A DNA stretch of 63,431 bases, the filler included, from Neoconidiobolus thromboides FSU 785 (lineage: Eukaryota > Fungi > Entomophthoromycota), in the NCBI GenBank assembly GCA_025603075.1. It is 9 parts of 9 records of this genome, joined end to end, with 100 filler letters (N's around TTAATTAATTAA, not from the genome) between each part and the next. Parts side by side here need not be neighbours in the genome. Positions count along the whole stretch, not along the records: positions 20,116 to 50,740 come from MU626485.1; 8 more parts are not named here. One strand, 5' to 3'. The first letter of the stretch is position 1; each line of letters opens with the position of its first letter. Shown one piece after another: positions 23,871-37,534 of this stretch. Made by a program: the position numbers and the translations under genes. The notes beneath the pieces are model-generated. The model was not told the DNA's origin, ran no database searches, and worked only from the letters and a program-made list of their open reading frames with translations.

Positions 23871-25331
23871 ATGCAGGCCATTACCATTGCCCTCTATGTT
23901 TATCTATTATTGTTAGATGTTATTGTCAGTATTAAACCCAATCAGTGTGTACTTAAAAATCAAACTAGACTATTATGCTTTAATCAAGGTAATTTGTTAA
24001 CTATCGATACTACTAACCTTAACTAATTATATGATATTCTAGAAGCATCTCAATATATTGATCTTGCCTCTTCTAATAAGTGGAAATCAATTGAAACTAC
24101 AGATAATAGAAACTCATATTTCAAACTCAACAATGAGAGATTAATAGCTATATTAAAAGAAAAAAAGGATACCAGATTTATACTAAAGTATTTCAATCTA
24201 ACTTCCAATACTTGGCAGGGTTCCAAGATGGAAATTAACTTCTCTATCAAACAATTTCCTATCATTATACAAAATGATAAAGTAGTAACTCAGTTAGTAA
24301 TAATTGATGAAAATAACTTCAATGTATTTTATTTATTTAATTCAATTAATCAAGATTGGTATAAATTTCAATTAAACATTAAGTTACAAAAAGAAACTTT
24401 CTTTTACCTGGGCAATATGTATTCAATTAATTGGGAAAGGAATAGTATTATTAAAATACAAATAAATTCAATTCAATTTAATGAAAAAAGTGAAGACAAG
24501 AGTAGTGGATTTCCATCATCAGTTAACTTGAATCAATTAAAAGGAGATTTGTTGGAATCTAAGTTTATTACTAACTATAAAATAAAATTTGATGAAAATA
24601 GTAAGGAGAAGGTACAGTCTATAGACAAAGTAGAATTCATAGTATTCAAAAATCAACAAATTTATTTATTTTATAAGACTAAAGTAATTGAACTAACAAT
24701 GTCTACTTTAAGTATCAAAATAATCCAAATAACTCAATTTAATACTCAGGATTATTTACCAATCTTAAATTATAACGAAGAGGGAAAGAATAGTGATGAA
24801 GTATTATTAATTACTAATAACAAAATTCAAATACTCAACTTAAAAAATTGGAAACTGCAGGATTTTCAAGAGATTAAATCAAAGGAGAATCAACTCAAAC
24901 TTAAGGATAGTAAGTTGGATAGAACAAAAGAAGAAAGTTTAATAAAAGATCAAGAAGTAGGTTTTGACTTTAGTCCGTTAATTATAATATTAATCATACA
25001 AGGTATTGTTACAATTTTATTAATTATTATTATTATTATTATTATACTGAAAAAACGGCAACAGAAAAATGAGCAAATTCTATCAAATACCAATAAAATC
25101 AACATGAATTATAAGGATCTCAATCCAACTAATAATTCCATTCAAGATCAATCAATCTACTATACTAATATTACTAATAATTCCATAAATAAGTTAATAA
25201 AAAAAGACTCTACTATTTCTATAATCTCGGAATTAAAGTCATTTAAAAAAGCCACTAAAATAAATGTCAAAAAAAATAGTATCGATAATATAAATTTATC
25301 TACTTTATATGCCTATTATCAAAAAGAATAA
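23871..25331 (+). CDS. Hypothetical type I membrane protein (signal-like N-terminus, one C-terminal TM helix)
   Basis: 367-aa ORF extends upstream in frame to ~24042. A hydrophobic MQAITIALYVYLLLLDVIVS exon starts at 23871; TM segment PLIIILIIQGIVTILLIIIIIIIL followed by KKR. No family recognised; splice junction unresolved. Confidence 0.5.
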
Positions 25332-25462
25332 AAGATTATTAAAAATTGAACAATAGTATAATATAATAGTTAATAACATGTTTTATTTTATATAAACTTT
25401 CTTCTCTCTTTTCCTTTCTTTTTTTCTTTTTTTCTTTTCTCTTTCCTTACTTTTATCACTTC

Positions 25463-26254
25463 TTAAACCCTCCCTAAGTCTTTATTAACCATATTAATAA
25501 TTTGAGCATAATAGTCTAATAACCGATGTTCATTAATATAATTTAATAATAACTGATTTTCACTTTCATAGTCCATTTTTAATAATTCTAATTCGTTATC
25601 ATTTAATTTGAAATGACGATTTTTTAAATAATTGCCTTCCATTTCATGAACACAACTATTAGGTGGTAATAAATAGCCTGGATCTAAAATTAAAAATTAG
25701 AATTATTATTAATATTTATAGTTTAAAATTCTTTATAATTATAATTATAATTATTCTCTTTCTTTATACCCATTACTATTAATAATAATAATTATTAAAT
25801 TACTTACTATGATCCATAACAATAATCACCATAGAGTAAAGAGCTGTTTGGTATAAGTTGGCACATGTATGTTCAAATCCATATTCTTCTTCTTCTTTAT
25901 CAATATAGTCCCAATTATCAAATAGTATAACTCTACGCCATAATGTTCTTAAAGCATATTTAAATCCATCATCCGTAATCTAATATAGTATAATGAATAA
26001 AAATTAATTATAGAACTTAATTTAATAATAATAACTTAAAACTTACTGAATTATCCATTCTTCTTAATACTTCGAATGATAACTCAAACCCATTATATGC
26101 AATAAATCCAAATTCACTTGTATCAATTATATTAATTTTCAATGTTAATACATCAATTAACATTTCTAACTCAATATTGCGTCCCATTAAGATATCTAAT
26201 ATTGCTTCTTTAAATAACTAAAATAAAAATAAAAATAAAAATTTGGTAAAAATA

Positions 26255-26297
<43 letters not shown>

Positions 26298-28899
26298 CAA
26301 TAACAATATATCCTTACCATGACCATAGTTTTTCTTTTAGTTCGAATTAATTTTGGTAATAAATGTTGAAATAAAGGTTCAATTTTTTGTAACGATAATG
26401 GAGGTAAAAAAGATATATTAAATTTCGTCATTTTTTCATTTAACAATTGTAATATTTGTTCATGAACTAATACGATATCTAATTGATCATCGATTACCTC
26501 CTTTTTTATTACATCCTCATTATTTTTTTCACAAAAAATAGCCAATTTGCCTAATGAATAAAATACTTTTTTAGGTAATAATTTTTGATTACTTTCAGCC
26601 AAAGAGATTAATTGATGACTAGCTAACTCCCAATTTTTCTGTGATAAATTTAAAAAGAATAATAAATTACGATGCTTAATAGCTAAAAAATTATAAGCTA
26701 AATTGGGAAAATTATTAGCTAATTTGATTAATTTAGAATATTCTTTAGTTTCTGATAAATGATTTAGCATCGCATTTAAAAAAGATTGTCCATGTTGATT
26801 TGTAAAATAATTAATTGCTTCTTTATAATTGAGTTGATTTTCATTATAAATTAAATGTAAATTTTTAGCTAATAATTCATATAATTTATAATCTTCCGCT
26901 AGTTTAATCATCGATTTAGTGAACTTTAATTTAATTAATAACTCAAATGAATTATTAACTACTTTACTAATATTATTTTTATCTTTAGCTAATTGTTGAT
27001 TATTGTTATTATTATTATATAATATCAATTGTAATAAATTCATTAGTTGATATTTTAATGGTATAATCATTTGTTTAGGTTGATCAATTAATGGTATAAA
27101 TTCATTGATTTTAAATACATTATTGATTTCATTGTTATCTTCTTGATGGCTAATGGTTGTATCATTATTTAATAAATGAGATTGTAATATTTTAATATTT
27201 AATTCTAATAATACAACTAACAATTCAAAATTGTCATTGTTAACTAAATATAATAAAAAATATTAATATTCATAAATAAAAGTATTTTAATATCATCTCT
27301 TACCATTCCAATAATTATTATTTAACTCCAAATTTAAATTATTTTGACTATTTTGATTATCATTATTAATTAATAAATCCTTATTAAAATACTTGCTTAA
27401 AAGATCATTATTAAAATTAAGCATAACTTTAACACAATTTAAAATAATAAAATTAACTTCATAAAGTAATAAAGTAATATCTCCCAATCCCATTTTTGTA
27501 AATTGAGGATTATAAAATCGTTGAGCTTGTCGATACAATCTTTTTAATAAATCTGGAATACGATCTAACTATAAATATAAAAAAATCCAGATTAATAACG
27601 TGTTCCTATTGTTATATTCTTCTTATACTATTAGTATTAATTAACTTACATCTTCATTGAAAAAAGTAAATATTTCATCTTTGATATTCATATGCTGATA
27701 AAACGATTTAATAGTACTTGGTAATAGAGTACTTGCACGTACTTTATTAGTTTCATTAATTCGATATTCATAATGCTGATATAATAATTCACTAACTTTA
27801 ATTTTTTGACTGGAGAATACTAATTGTTGTCGAATAGAATTTGATAACAAAATAATTAAATCACATTGATTCAATAATTGAATTAATTGAATTATAAATT
27901 TATATCGTAATGTTAGTAAATTTGATACGTTAATTGTTTGGTCTTTAACTATTTTAAATAATTTAATTAATGTTTATATAGCAATTATTCTTATTAGTTA
28001 TAATATTCTTACCAGGTTCTAGTACTTCTGTCAATAAATCAGAGACAATCAAATTTAAATGATGTGGATTAATATTTGATTTTTCAATTATTAACTGATA
28101 GTCGATACAATTCTATTAATCAAATTTAAAATACATTAACATATATAATATTAAAATGCTATAGTATACTTACATTTTCATTATTATAAAATTCGATGGC
28201 TTGAATTAATAAATTTTTAAGTTCATTTTCAGAAAACTAAAACATAAATTAACAAAAACGTCCTATAGGTCTTAATAAATAAAACTTACATTTAAAGGCA
28301 AATAAGAAGAAGAATGACTACTGAAATTAATATTGATACTGAATAAAATATAGGGTATTATCTTACTTTATAACTCCATTTAAAATATTCTTATAAATTA
28401 AAAACCCATGGTTTAAAGTAGCTAAACAATTGGAACTTTTTCCATTACTATCATTGACTTCTAATAACAAATTATTTCCTTCCTTTTTTATCGGTACAAA
28501 ATATTGTTCAGAATCTAAAACAAATATTGTTATTTAAATATTAATATTAGTTTATTATATCACTTACTAGGTAACGAAGTAGTTATAATAAATCCATTAT
28601 AAAATTGAATAATTATAGTGTCACATATATTATTATTTACACTATAATTCGCCTCTTCATTCTTACTATATTCGTTATTAGGAATAAATAATTTAACTAA
28701 AGTATTACAATTATTATTCAACTAAAATCCAATAATTAATTTATCAACTTATAATCAAAATATATGATCGACTTACAATTTCATTTTCAAATAAAATTTT
28801 AAAGCCAACAAATTGCCATGAATTGTTTTGTGGAATAAATGTCAGCAAAATTAAGTGTTGGAATTCATTATTTAAAAATTTAATTAGCATTACAAATTG

Positions 28900-28932
<33 letters not shown>

Positions 28933-30050
28933 ACTACAATCTAATATAATAATATCATTATAACTGATGTTTAACTTCAATTCGTTTTCGATTTGTTTCT
29001 GTATGTTTAATATGTCTTTCTTGATGTTATATTCATCGACTAATTTAATCTATTAAAATTTATTACTTTGTTAAAAATAGTAATATAATTAAACTTACAC
29101 TATTATTTTGATAAAGATTTAATTCAAACGTTAATATTAAATTATTCATACAAACATGAATATAACTAAATAAATTAATAATTAAACAAATAATAATGAT
29201 AATAATAACTTACCAATTATTATTCTGATTATTAAAATTGATACAATAAGCTTCAATATTAGCTAATACTTTTTTATTATTAAAGCCAATGAGTTGTCCA
29301 AATTTATCTCGAAAAGAAACTGAAATTTCCTTGGAAAATAATACTTTACTAAATGAATTGGGTAATAAATCAACATTAATATAAATTAAATCAAAGGTTG
29401 TGTTAAGTAAAATGCCATAATGCTAAACAATTAATAAATATATAAATATAAAATAAACATTGATAGTTTCCTTACTTTAACCGACAATAAATATTCTACT
29501 TCTTCATCCTTATTTAAATTTAATTCAGTTTCAAATGTACTATTATAAATTCTTTCAATACAACACAACTCAATATCTGACCAATACTTTAAGTATCCAT
29601 TGATTGAGATGGAAATCAATCCCAATTTCTTGGTTATTGAATTATAAATAAAACAAACTAAACAAGTAGCTGATATTGGATTTAATTCAAATTCATGTTC
29701 CTTATCCTATAAAGGTGAAAAGAGGTTAGTAATAGGAGACTTTGAGAAATGTATTCTTTTACTAAGTCTTCATTATGAAAGATGTATACTTTATTTTCAT
29801 AAACTAAACCCTGATAATTTAAATTACTATCATAGATTAAATAACTTTCTTTTATTAATTCTGGATCTAAATCTCTTATTGCTATAAAAAGTAAATCAAA
29901 TCATTATTGATATTATTTGAATAGAATTATTAAGTTTGAATTACTTTTGATTCGATATTTGATAACTTCACTCAATTGTTCTGATCGCTGAATACCTCCT
30001 AATCGATTGATATAATCGTAATTGGAAGTCAGTGTGCTGACTAAATTCAT
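25463..30050 (-). CDS. NUP133: Nucleoporin Nup133 (many introns)
   Basis: N-terminal propeller-like GLISISINGYLKYWSD; helical C-terminus with LAEDYKLYELL, WELASHQLISLAE..KKVFYSLGKLA, LDIVLVHEQI, LWRRVILFDNW, as recalled for the Nup133 family. Confidence 0.7.
26255..26296. repeat. (AAT)n microsatellite, ~14 units, in a NUP133 intron; similar tracts near 2360, 28905, 51270, 57035
   Basis: Direct reading of the sequence. Confidence 0.9.
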
Positions 30051-30232
30051 TTTTTTTTGAAAAGTGGAATTTGGAATTTAGATGATGTGGATGAAATTTA
30101 GAATTTAATCAAAAATAAAAAGGATCAAATCAAATTTGATGTAGAAAAAGAAATGAAATTGAAAAATAATAATAATAATAATGTTCAAATAATTAAGCAA
30201 TGAAAACAAATTAAACAGTTAATCCTTTATAT

Positions 30233-31870
30233 TTATTCTTTTTTTCTTTGTTTAAAACTTAACTTCCCATCCTGATCCAAATCATGTTGAATACCTAATT
30301 CTTCTAATACTGGATGTTTTGCTGCTTCTTTAGGCTTTAATTGATCTAACCACATACTATTTTCAATATTATTGTAAACCAAATTTTTAATTGCAAAGAT
30401 GCTATGTTCTCTTATATCTGATATCGAAAATTAAATTAAATTAAATTGATAAATTATATATGTTAAATAATAAAACTTACAAGGATTATTATCATCAATA
30501 TTACACTGATTTAATATCAATGGTAATGCTTTTAATTCTCTTACCTAAAGTAAAAAAATAATCATAAAAATATCAAACATAAAAATCGATAAAATCTTTC
30601 TTACTCTATCTTGTGCTTCTTTATTATGAAAGACAATCATATTAATTAAAGCAATTAATTTTGATTTTATAAATTTAAAACATTGATAATCTTCAGGAGC
30701 TTGTGTATTATTTTTAACACTATTAAATTTCGATATATATTGATCTAATAAAAATAATAAGCATATAAATTCATCTAGTAATTTTATACGATTTTCTGAG
30801 CTATAAGTAAGGAGAGTGTTGTAATAATAATTTAACCATAATAATAATTGATTATAAGTAGCTCGGTCTTGTTGTTGAGTAAGGAGTTGAGACTCTATAT
30901 TTTGGATTAATTGTGCTAAGAGCTGAATTGTACGGGTTTCACTTTCGGAGGTTATTGTGGGTTTCGTTTCATTATTGTTTAACATTTCTAGAATTTCAAT
31001 TTCTAGATCATCAAGATGACCACTTTGTATTTGATTGTTATTATCGATGTTATTGAAATAGAATTTGATTTACCTATTTAAGTTTAATTTTGAAAATAAA
31101 GTTTCTATTAAATTTAACTCCATTAAATTAATAAAAAATTCATCACTATAAAAATAATTAGTTTACTTTTATTTTATATATCAATATTAATATTTTAATC
31201 TTACATTAATTTTCTATTCTCCTCTTCAACTAAAGTATATTTTTTAAATAAACTCAATAGCCAAGCTCGTCCATTTTCATTATATAATAAGATTTCGCTA
31301 AATAAAAGTTCACTGATTTACTCCAAAAACATAAGTTAAAATACAAACTTACCAACCTTCCTTTTTATTCTTTAATAAATTATTAATTAAAACTAGATTA
31401 ACTAAAAGATATTTTTTTAAATTCCTTTCAATAAATAAACTTTTAAAGCAATATTAATACCCATTGTAACCACAAATAAATATTAAAGCTTACTCCAAAC
31501 ATTTCAAAAATTCTTTATTATTAATAACCCATTTCGTCCTGTTTCTTCCAATTTCGCTCACCGTTATCTGATTTGATAACATCTGTAACAAACTATATAT
31601 GAATTTATCTATTATGCTAAAATTGATATTTTTTTAGTTCCTTTGAAAATAATGGAATTAGACTAATTACTCATTCTTTTCTAAATTTGAATAGTTCATA
31701 AACAGCTCTATTAATATATCTATTATCTCTTCTTCTTCTTTAGGAGATGACTGTGGCTGACAACTATTTACTTTGATTGATTTTATAATGGTGTCATTTT
31801 GTTGTAAATAAATTAATTTATCATCGCTTTCACTTAATTTTAATTGTAAAGTTTTTAATAATTGTAGCAT
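30233..31870 (-). CDS. ATXN10: Ataxin-10/Ctr86 homologue (multi-exon)
   Basis: C-terminal FHNKEAQDRVR-ELKALPLILNQCNIDDNNP-IREHSIFAIKNLVYNNIEN matches the ataxin-10 associated domain. Confidence 0.85.
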
Positions 31871-32080
31871 CTTTCTATACTTCTATATATCTCTTAGTCT
31901 AAATTTAATTTATTTAGAAATAAATTCAAATTTTGGTCCACTTAACCCTTAAAAAATAGCTCCTTTTTAAACCAATAAAATTAAACAATCTACAATCCCA
32001 TTCCTTGTTATTTACCAAATTTAACACATCGATTAATTCTCCAACTCACTACTACCTTTCCTTTCTTCCATCTTCATATC

Positions 32081-33559
32081 ATGGGTATTCAAGGCCTTAG
32101 CAAGTTGATCGCAGATAAAGCACCCTTAGCCATTCGTCAAAACGAAATTAAAAACTACTTTGGTCGAAAAGTGGCCATCGATGCCAGTATGAGTATTTAT
32201 CAATTCCTCATTGCAGTACGTCAACAAGATGGTCAATTACTTCAAAATGAATCTGGAGAAACTACTAGTCATTTAATGGGTTTATTCTATAGGACTATTC
32301 GTATGGTCGAAAATGGTATTAAACCGGTTTATGTATTCGATGGTAAACCACCAATGTTGAAGTCAGGGGAGGTAAGTAAATTGTTCTATTTGATAGGACT
32401 AGGATTTAATTTTAATTTTTTTTAAATTAGCTAGCTAAAAGAACAGAACGTCGAGTGGAAGCCCAAAAATCATTAGATGAAGCTAAAGAAGCAGGTAACT
32501 TTTTTAAAAAAATAAAAAAATTCAACTAATAAACTATCTCAATTTCAATTGATTCTAGGTGATACTGAAGCGATGGATAAATTTTCACGACGTTTAGTTA
32601 AAGTATCAAAACAACATAATGATGAATGTAAAACTTTGTTAAAATTAATGGGTATTCCTTATGTAGAGGTAAAATTTTGATGAAATTAATATTTTAGTTT
32701 TGGTTTAAATTATTTTATTAAATAATAGGCCCCTTGTGAAGCGGAAGCTCAATGTGCTGCTTTGGCTCGAGCTGGAAAAGTAAGTCTTTATTATTTTTAT
32801 ATCACAAAATAGTAAATTAAATTATATTAAACTAAAAAATAAAAAATAAAGACTAATAAAGACTAAATATAATAGGTATTTGCAGCTGCCTCTGAAGATA
32901 TGGATACCTTAACTTTCAATACCCCCATTTTAATGCGTCATTTAACTTATTCTGAAGCTAAGAAGATGCCTATTAATGAAATTGATTTAGATTTAGCATT
33001 GAAACAGTTAGAGTTAAGTTTAACTGAATTTATTGATTTATGTATCTTATTAGGATGTGATTATACGGAAAATATTAAAGGAATAGGACCCATTAGAGCA
33101 TATAATTTAATCAAAGAACACCGAACAATTGAAAAAATTCTAGAAAATTTAGATACAAACAAATATAAAGTGGGAGAAAACTTTTTATTCAAAGAAGCAA
33201 GAGAATTGTTTATTAAACCAGAAGTATTAGATTGTAAAGATTTAGAACTTAAATGGAATTTACCTAATGAAGAAGATCTAATCAAATTTTTGGTTGAAAA
33301 TAAAGGATTCAACAATGATAGAGTTGTGAAAGGTATTGAAAAATTAAAAGTGAATATTAAAGCGGCTTCCCAATCAAGATTGGATTCATTTTTTACTATT
33401 ACTAAAAATATTAGTGCTAATAAAAGAAAGGTAAGTGATAACAAATAATAAATAATATGAATAAATAATATGAATAATTAAGTATTAAACTAACTAATTT
33501 AATAGGAAACTCAATCAAATGTTGCAGATAAAAAGAAAAATAATAGAAGAAAAAAATAA
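32081..33559 (+). CDS. FEN1: Flap endonuclease 1 (multi-exon)
   Basis: [68 protein letters not shown]-box QSRLDSFF. Confidence 0.97.
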
Positions 33560-33665
33560 ACATTTAATTTTAAATTTATTAATTTTGTAATTATTATATT
33601 AAAATAATTTGAGTTATTGTCTTCTTTTTTTATACATTGTAATTGTTTCCATTCATTATTTAGAC

Positions 33666-35047
33666 TATAATTTATTAACCTTTGCCATTTCTATTAAAAG
33701 AAATCAATTTGTTTGTTTTACTTTATAATTAGTTAACTTACGTTTAATAATGGATGATTTGTAAACCATAAATTATTATTAAAATATATCTGAAGTTTCA
33801 ACAATAAAGAAATATCATCTAAATAAAAAGGATTTAATATTAATATTAATATTAATATTAGTTACCTTTTAACAATATTGTACCCAATAATAATATTAAT
33901 TTAACTTCATTCTTATCTTCTATAATAGAATAAAATAGCCATAATAATTGCTTGTTATTGCAATATTTTAATATTTCATAAAAATACTTTAATTTTACAT
34001 CCACTTCTTTTTTATCAATAAGCAGTTGATCTTGATTATTAATATTTATTTCATTATCTTGAATTTCAAATTGATCCAGTAAAAAATTTAATATTATAAA
34101 ATAATTAATATATCTTTCATCTATAATAGTATTATAATTTGAAATAGTTAGAATTAAGTTTCTACAACTTTCTATTAAGCTTATTTGTTTTTTTTCTTCC
34201 ATTTCTATCATTTTTTGTTTTAATAATATCCCATCTTGTATATCAAACTAAATAACAAAAAAATAATTCGTTATTACTTGTTTCTTAAATAAAGATGAAC
34301 TCTTTTACTTACGCTATATTCCATTAACTTGATTCCAAACTTATTTTCCAATGCTAATGCACTTATTCTTAGACCTAATTCCAAATCCCAATAATAAATC
34401 AAATTAAATAAACTTCTATAACAAATAAATAACATTTGATTCATTTGTGAAATACTCATTGTTATTAATTCTTTTTTTCGATTTTCAGTCAATAATTCTA
34501 TTAAATGAAATAATCCATTAAATAAACTTCCACTACTTTGACTTTGTTGATAGCCTATATTTTTGAGTAAAGGGGTAATATATTAGTTACTTAGTGGTTA
34601 AAATCAATTAATATAAGAATTACGTTTAACTCCTTCCCATAAACAAGTGATAGCTAGTTTGAAATCTTTGTTCAAGATACTTTGACCTTTTTTAAAAAAT
34701 TTATCACCTTCTTTGACTTTATCTATAAAAAGAAAAGAACATATGGAAGTTGAGATTAAAATAAAAAAACTCAATAAAATTTTACCATTATCAATTACTT
34801 TTAATTTACTTTTTAAATGCGATTCGGTGATTGTATGCTGCTTTATTGTCTGTTCTTTATTCCATTTTTTATTACATAATTTACACGATTTTATTTTAGT
34901 TAAAGGTTTATCTGTCTTCCATGTTGTAAATACTACCTATTATAAGTATTTGTTTATTATATTTAGGTTATTAAATTTACTATCTTCATTTATTAAATTA
35001 ACAAATTCAATATTTTTAGCAATTATTTTTAATTTTTCCAATTCCAT
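33666..35047 (-). CDS. Hypothetical multi-exon protein with an N-terminal matrin/U1-type C2H2 zinc finger
   Basis: 34817-34885 reads CKLCNKKWNKEQTIKQHTITESH (C-x2-C-x12-H-x5-H), followed by helical exons with GT-AG junctions. The 3' end is uncertain. Confidence 0.5.
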
Positions 35048-35245
35048 CTAATTAAGATAATAACTCAGTTTTTAATAATCTTATTAATCATAAACCTTAT
35101 TGATAAATTAAAGTTTACTCACGATAGATTTCATTGGCTCTTACTAAAAATACTTGAAATTTAAATTTTTTAATTAAATAAAAAACATTGATTTTTCTTC
35201 ATTCATTCACTCTTTAACTAAAAAAATTCGATTACATCAACTTTA

Positions 35246-36091
35246 ATGACTTTAGAAAACGATATCTTATCTAAACAAAATCAAAACATCCCTAACTTAA
35301 CTCAATATAACCAAGATTTGCAATCAAAACCTGAACCCCTCACTCCAGAACAATGTGAAAAGCTTTTACAATTAAAACAATTAATTCAGAGTGATGAACC
35401 CATCAAACAATTATCTTTAAACGTTTCCAATCTCAATTTTATCAATGATCCTTGTTTATTGCGTTATCTTAGAGCGAATCGATGGTCTTTAACTAATAGT
35501 TTATCAGGTTTAAAGAGTACAATGAACTGGCGACAAGAGTTTGCTGTAACTGAAATGAAGCCAGAGGAATTTTATACTGAAGGGGCAACTGGAAAGATAT
35601 ACTGTAATGGATATGATAATGATAACCGACCCATAATTATAATGAATCCATCCGCACAAAATACGAATGATTCCAAAGCACATATAAGATTTACTGTATT
35701 TAGCATCGAAACAGCAATCAAAATGCTACCAAATGATATGGAAAAGTTGACTATTATTATTGATTTAAGAAATTATGCATTGAAACATTCGGTAAGTTTA
35801 AGTGAAGCAAAAGAAGTATTGACGATTTTAAGCTCCCATTATCCAGAAAGATTAGGTCGTGCTTTTATTGTCGATGCTCCTTGGGTATTTTCTGGTTTCT
35901 TTAAAATAATTTCTCCTTTGATGGATCCAGTTACAAAAGATAAAATTCGATTTTGTAATGGAAAAAAAATAGATGATAATCATTTGAGTCATTTTGTACC
36001 AGATTGGAATTTGTTCAAGGATTTTGGTGGTAAATCGGAATATACATTTGATTCAGATAAGTATTTTGAACAAGTTGAACTTTTGTTTTAA
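35246..36091 (+). CDS. CRAL-TRIO (Sec14-like, Pdr16/Sfh-type) lipid-transfer protein
   Basis: DPCLLRYLRANRW, GYDNDNRPII, HYPERLGRAFIVDAPWVFSGFFKIISPLMDPVTKDKI, FGG. Confidence 0.92.
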   Translation: MTLENDILSKQNQNIPNLTQYNQDLQSKPEPLTPEQCEKLLQLKQLIQSDEPIKQLSLNVSNLNFINDPCLLRYLRANRWSLTNSLSGLKSTMNWRQEFAVTEMKPEEFYTEGATGKIYCNGYDNDNRPIIIMNPSAQNTNDSKAHIRFTVFSIETAIKMLPNDMEKLTIIIDLRNYALKHSVSLSEAKEVLTILSSHYPERLGRAFIVDAPWVFSGFFKIISPLMDPVTKDKIRFCNGKKIDDNHLSHFVPDWNLFKDFGGKSEYTFDSDKYFEQVELLF

Positions 36092-36300
36092 TTATTGTTT
36101 TTTGAAAAAAAAGGGTTAAATTAAGATGACAGTTGGATAAATGAATAAAATTATTAATTATAGTTAAATAAAAGTAACTAATAGATAAAAATTCATAATA
36201 ATTTAGTGTATTTTTTATCTATAACTTTGTTTTTATTTTTTTTAATGTATTAGTAAGAAACAAACTATGAAGTAGAAGGGAATTAGTTCTAACTTCTATT

Positions 36301-37320
36301 TTATTTTTTAAATTTTTTATTTTTCTGTTGTTTCTTTCTTTCAAATTTGGTTTCATATTTAATTTTTTGTTTTCTAAATAAATTGGTAAATAATTAAAAT
36401 GTTCATTTTAATATGATTATTCTATTATTAATAATTTACCTATTCTTTTTAAATTTATTTCCAGACTCCTTATCTGAATCTTCTGAATCTTCTTGATGAT
36501 CCGATTCTTCCTCGCCTGCTTTCTATTATTCGAAATCATTAGTTTATAAATCTAATAACCTTCACAAATCTATACTCCACCAAATAAAGTAAAATAAAAT
36601 AAAACATTTCACTTACTCTAGCTTTATCTTTAATATTTTTTAACATAATAGCTGGAGTCATTTCATCATCCATTTCCTTTTCAAAATCTTGAATTAAAGT
36701 AACTGTTGTGGTTTCTTTTTCACCATCAAAATTCATCTCTTGATCAGATAATTTTTCTTTAGACGACTGAATATCAGTGAGTAATTGTCTATCTATTTTA
36801 GTAAAAAGTTTAATAAAGATTATAATAAATGAATGGGATATTAAATGCTTACCTATATCTTCCACTTTAATTCTTTGACCTAATTCTTTTAACCGCATTT
36901 TACGAGTCTATTTTAAAAATGAATATTGAATTATAAATATTGGTTATCAAGTTTATAAATTTATTTTAAAACTTACTTCTTTTCTCAATTCTAATTTTTC
37001 TACTCTTTCTCTTTCTTTTGCTTTAATCTCCGCTTGTTTCTTTTTTTCAACATTACGTTTATGAAATCCAGTTAAATATTCCCTATTCATTTATATAGTT
37101 AATTAATAACTACCTTTTTATTAGAATAATAGATTATAAATTACTTTCTTGAAGTTTCATCAAATTTAATTTCTTCAATTTCTTCTGGTTTTTTATTGTA
37201 TTTTTTGGCTCCTTTGCCATTAAAGCCTCCTTTAGGGTTTGATTTATTATTAAACTTGTTTCCTGCTTTGGAATTCCCCTTGTTATTGAATTTAGATGCT
37301 CCTTTGGACTGTACTTTCAT
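36301..37320 (-). CDS. RRP17: Rrp17/Nop25 (nucleolar protein 12) rRNA-processing protein
   Basis: EEIKFDETSR-REYLTGFHKRNVEKKKQA is the Nop25 signature; C-terminal KQKIKYETKFERK. Confidence 0.88.
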
Positions 37321-37534
37321 CTTTTCTATAATCAATTGAAATAAAAAAGTTACTATTAATTTTGATATTTTTATTCAAAATTCTACTAGGTTTAATATTT
37401 TATTTCATTGGTTTAAATTTCAATGACTTTTTTCCCATTTTTATTTCTTATTTCTATTTTTATATTTCTATTTCTATATTTCTATTTTTGTTTTTATCTT
37501 TACTTTTGTTTTTATTTTTATTTTTATTAAAATA

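Noticed and set aside
3894-33559. RNH1, RNH202 and FEN1 as one Okazaki/ribonucleotide-repair cluster
   Set aside because: FEN1 is on a different contig separated by artificial spacers; only the RNH1-RNH202 linkage is supported.
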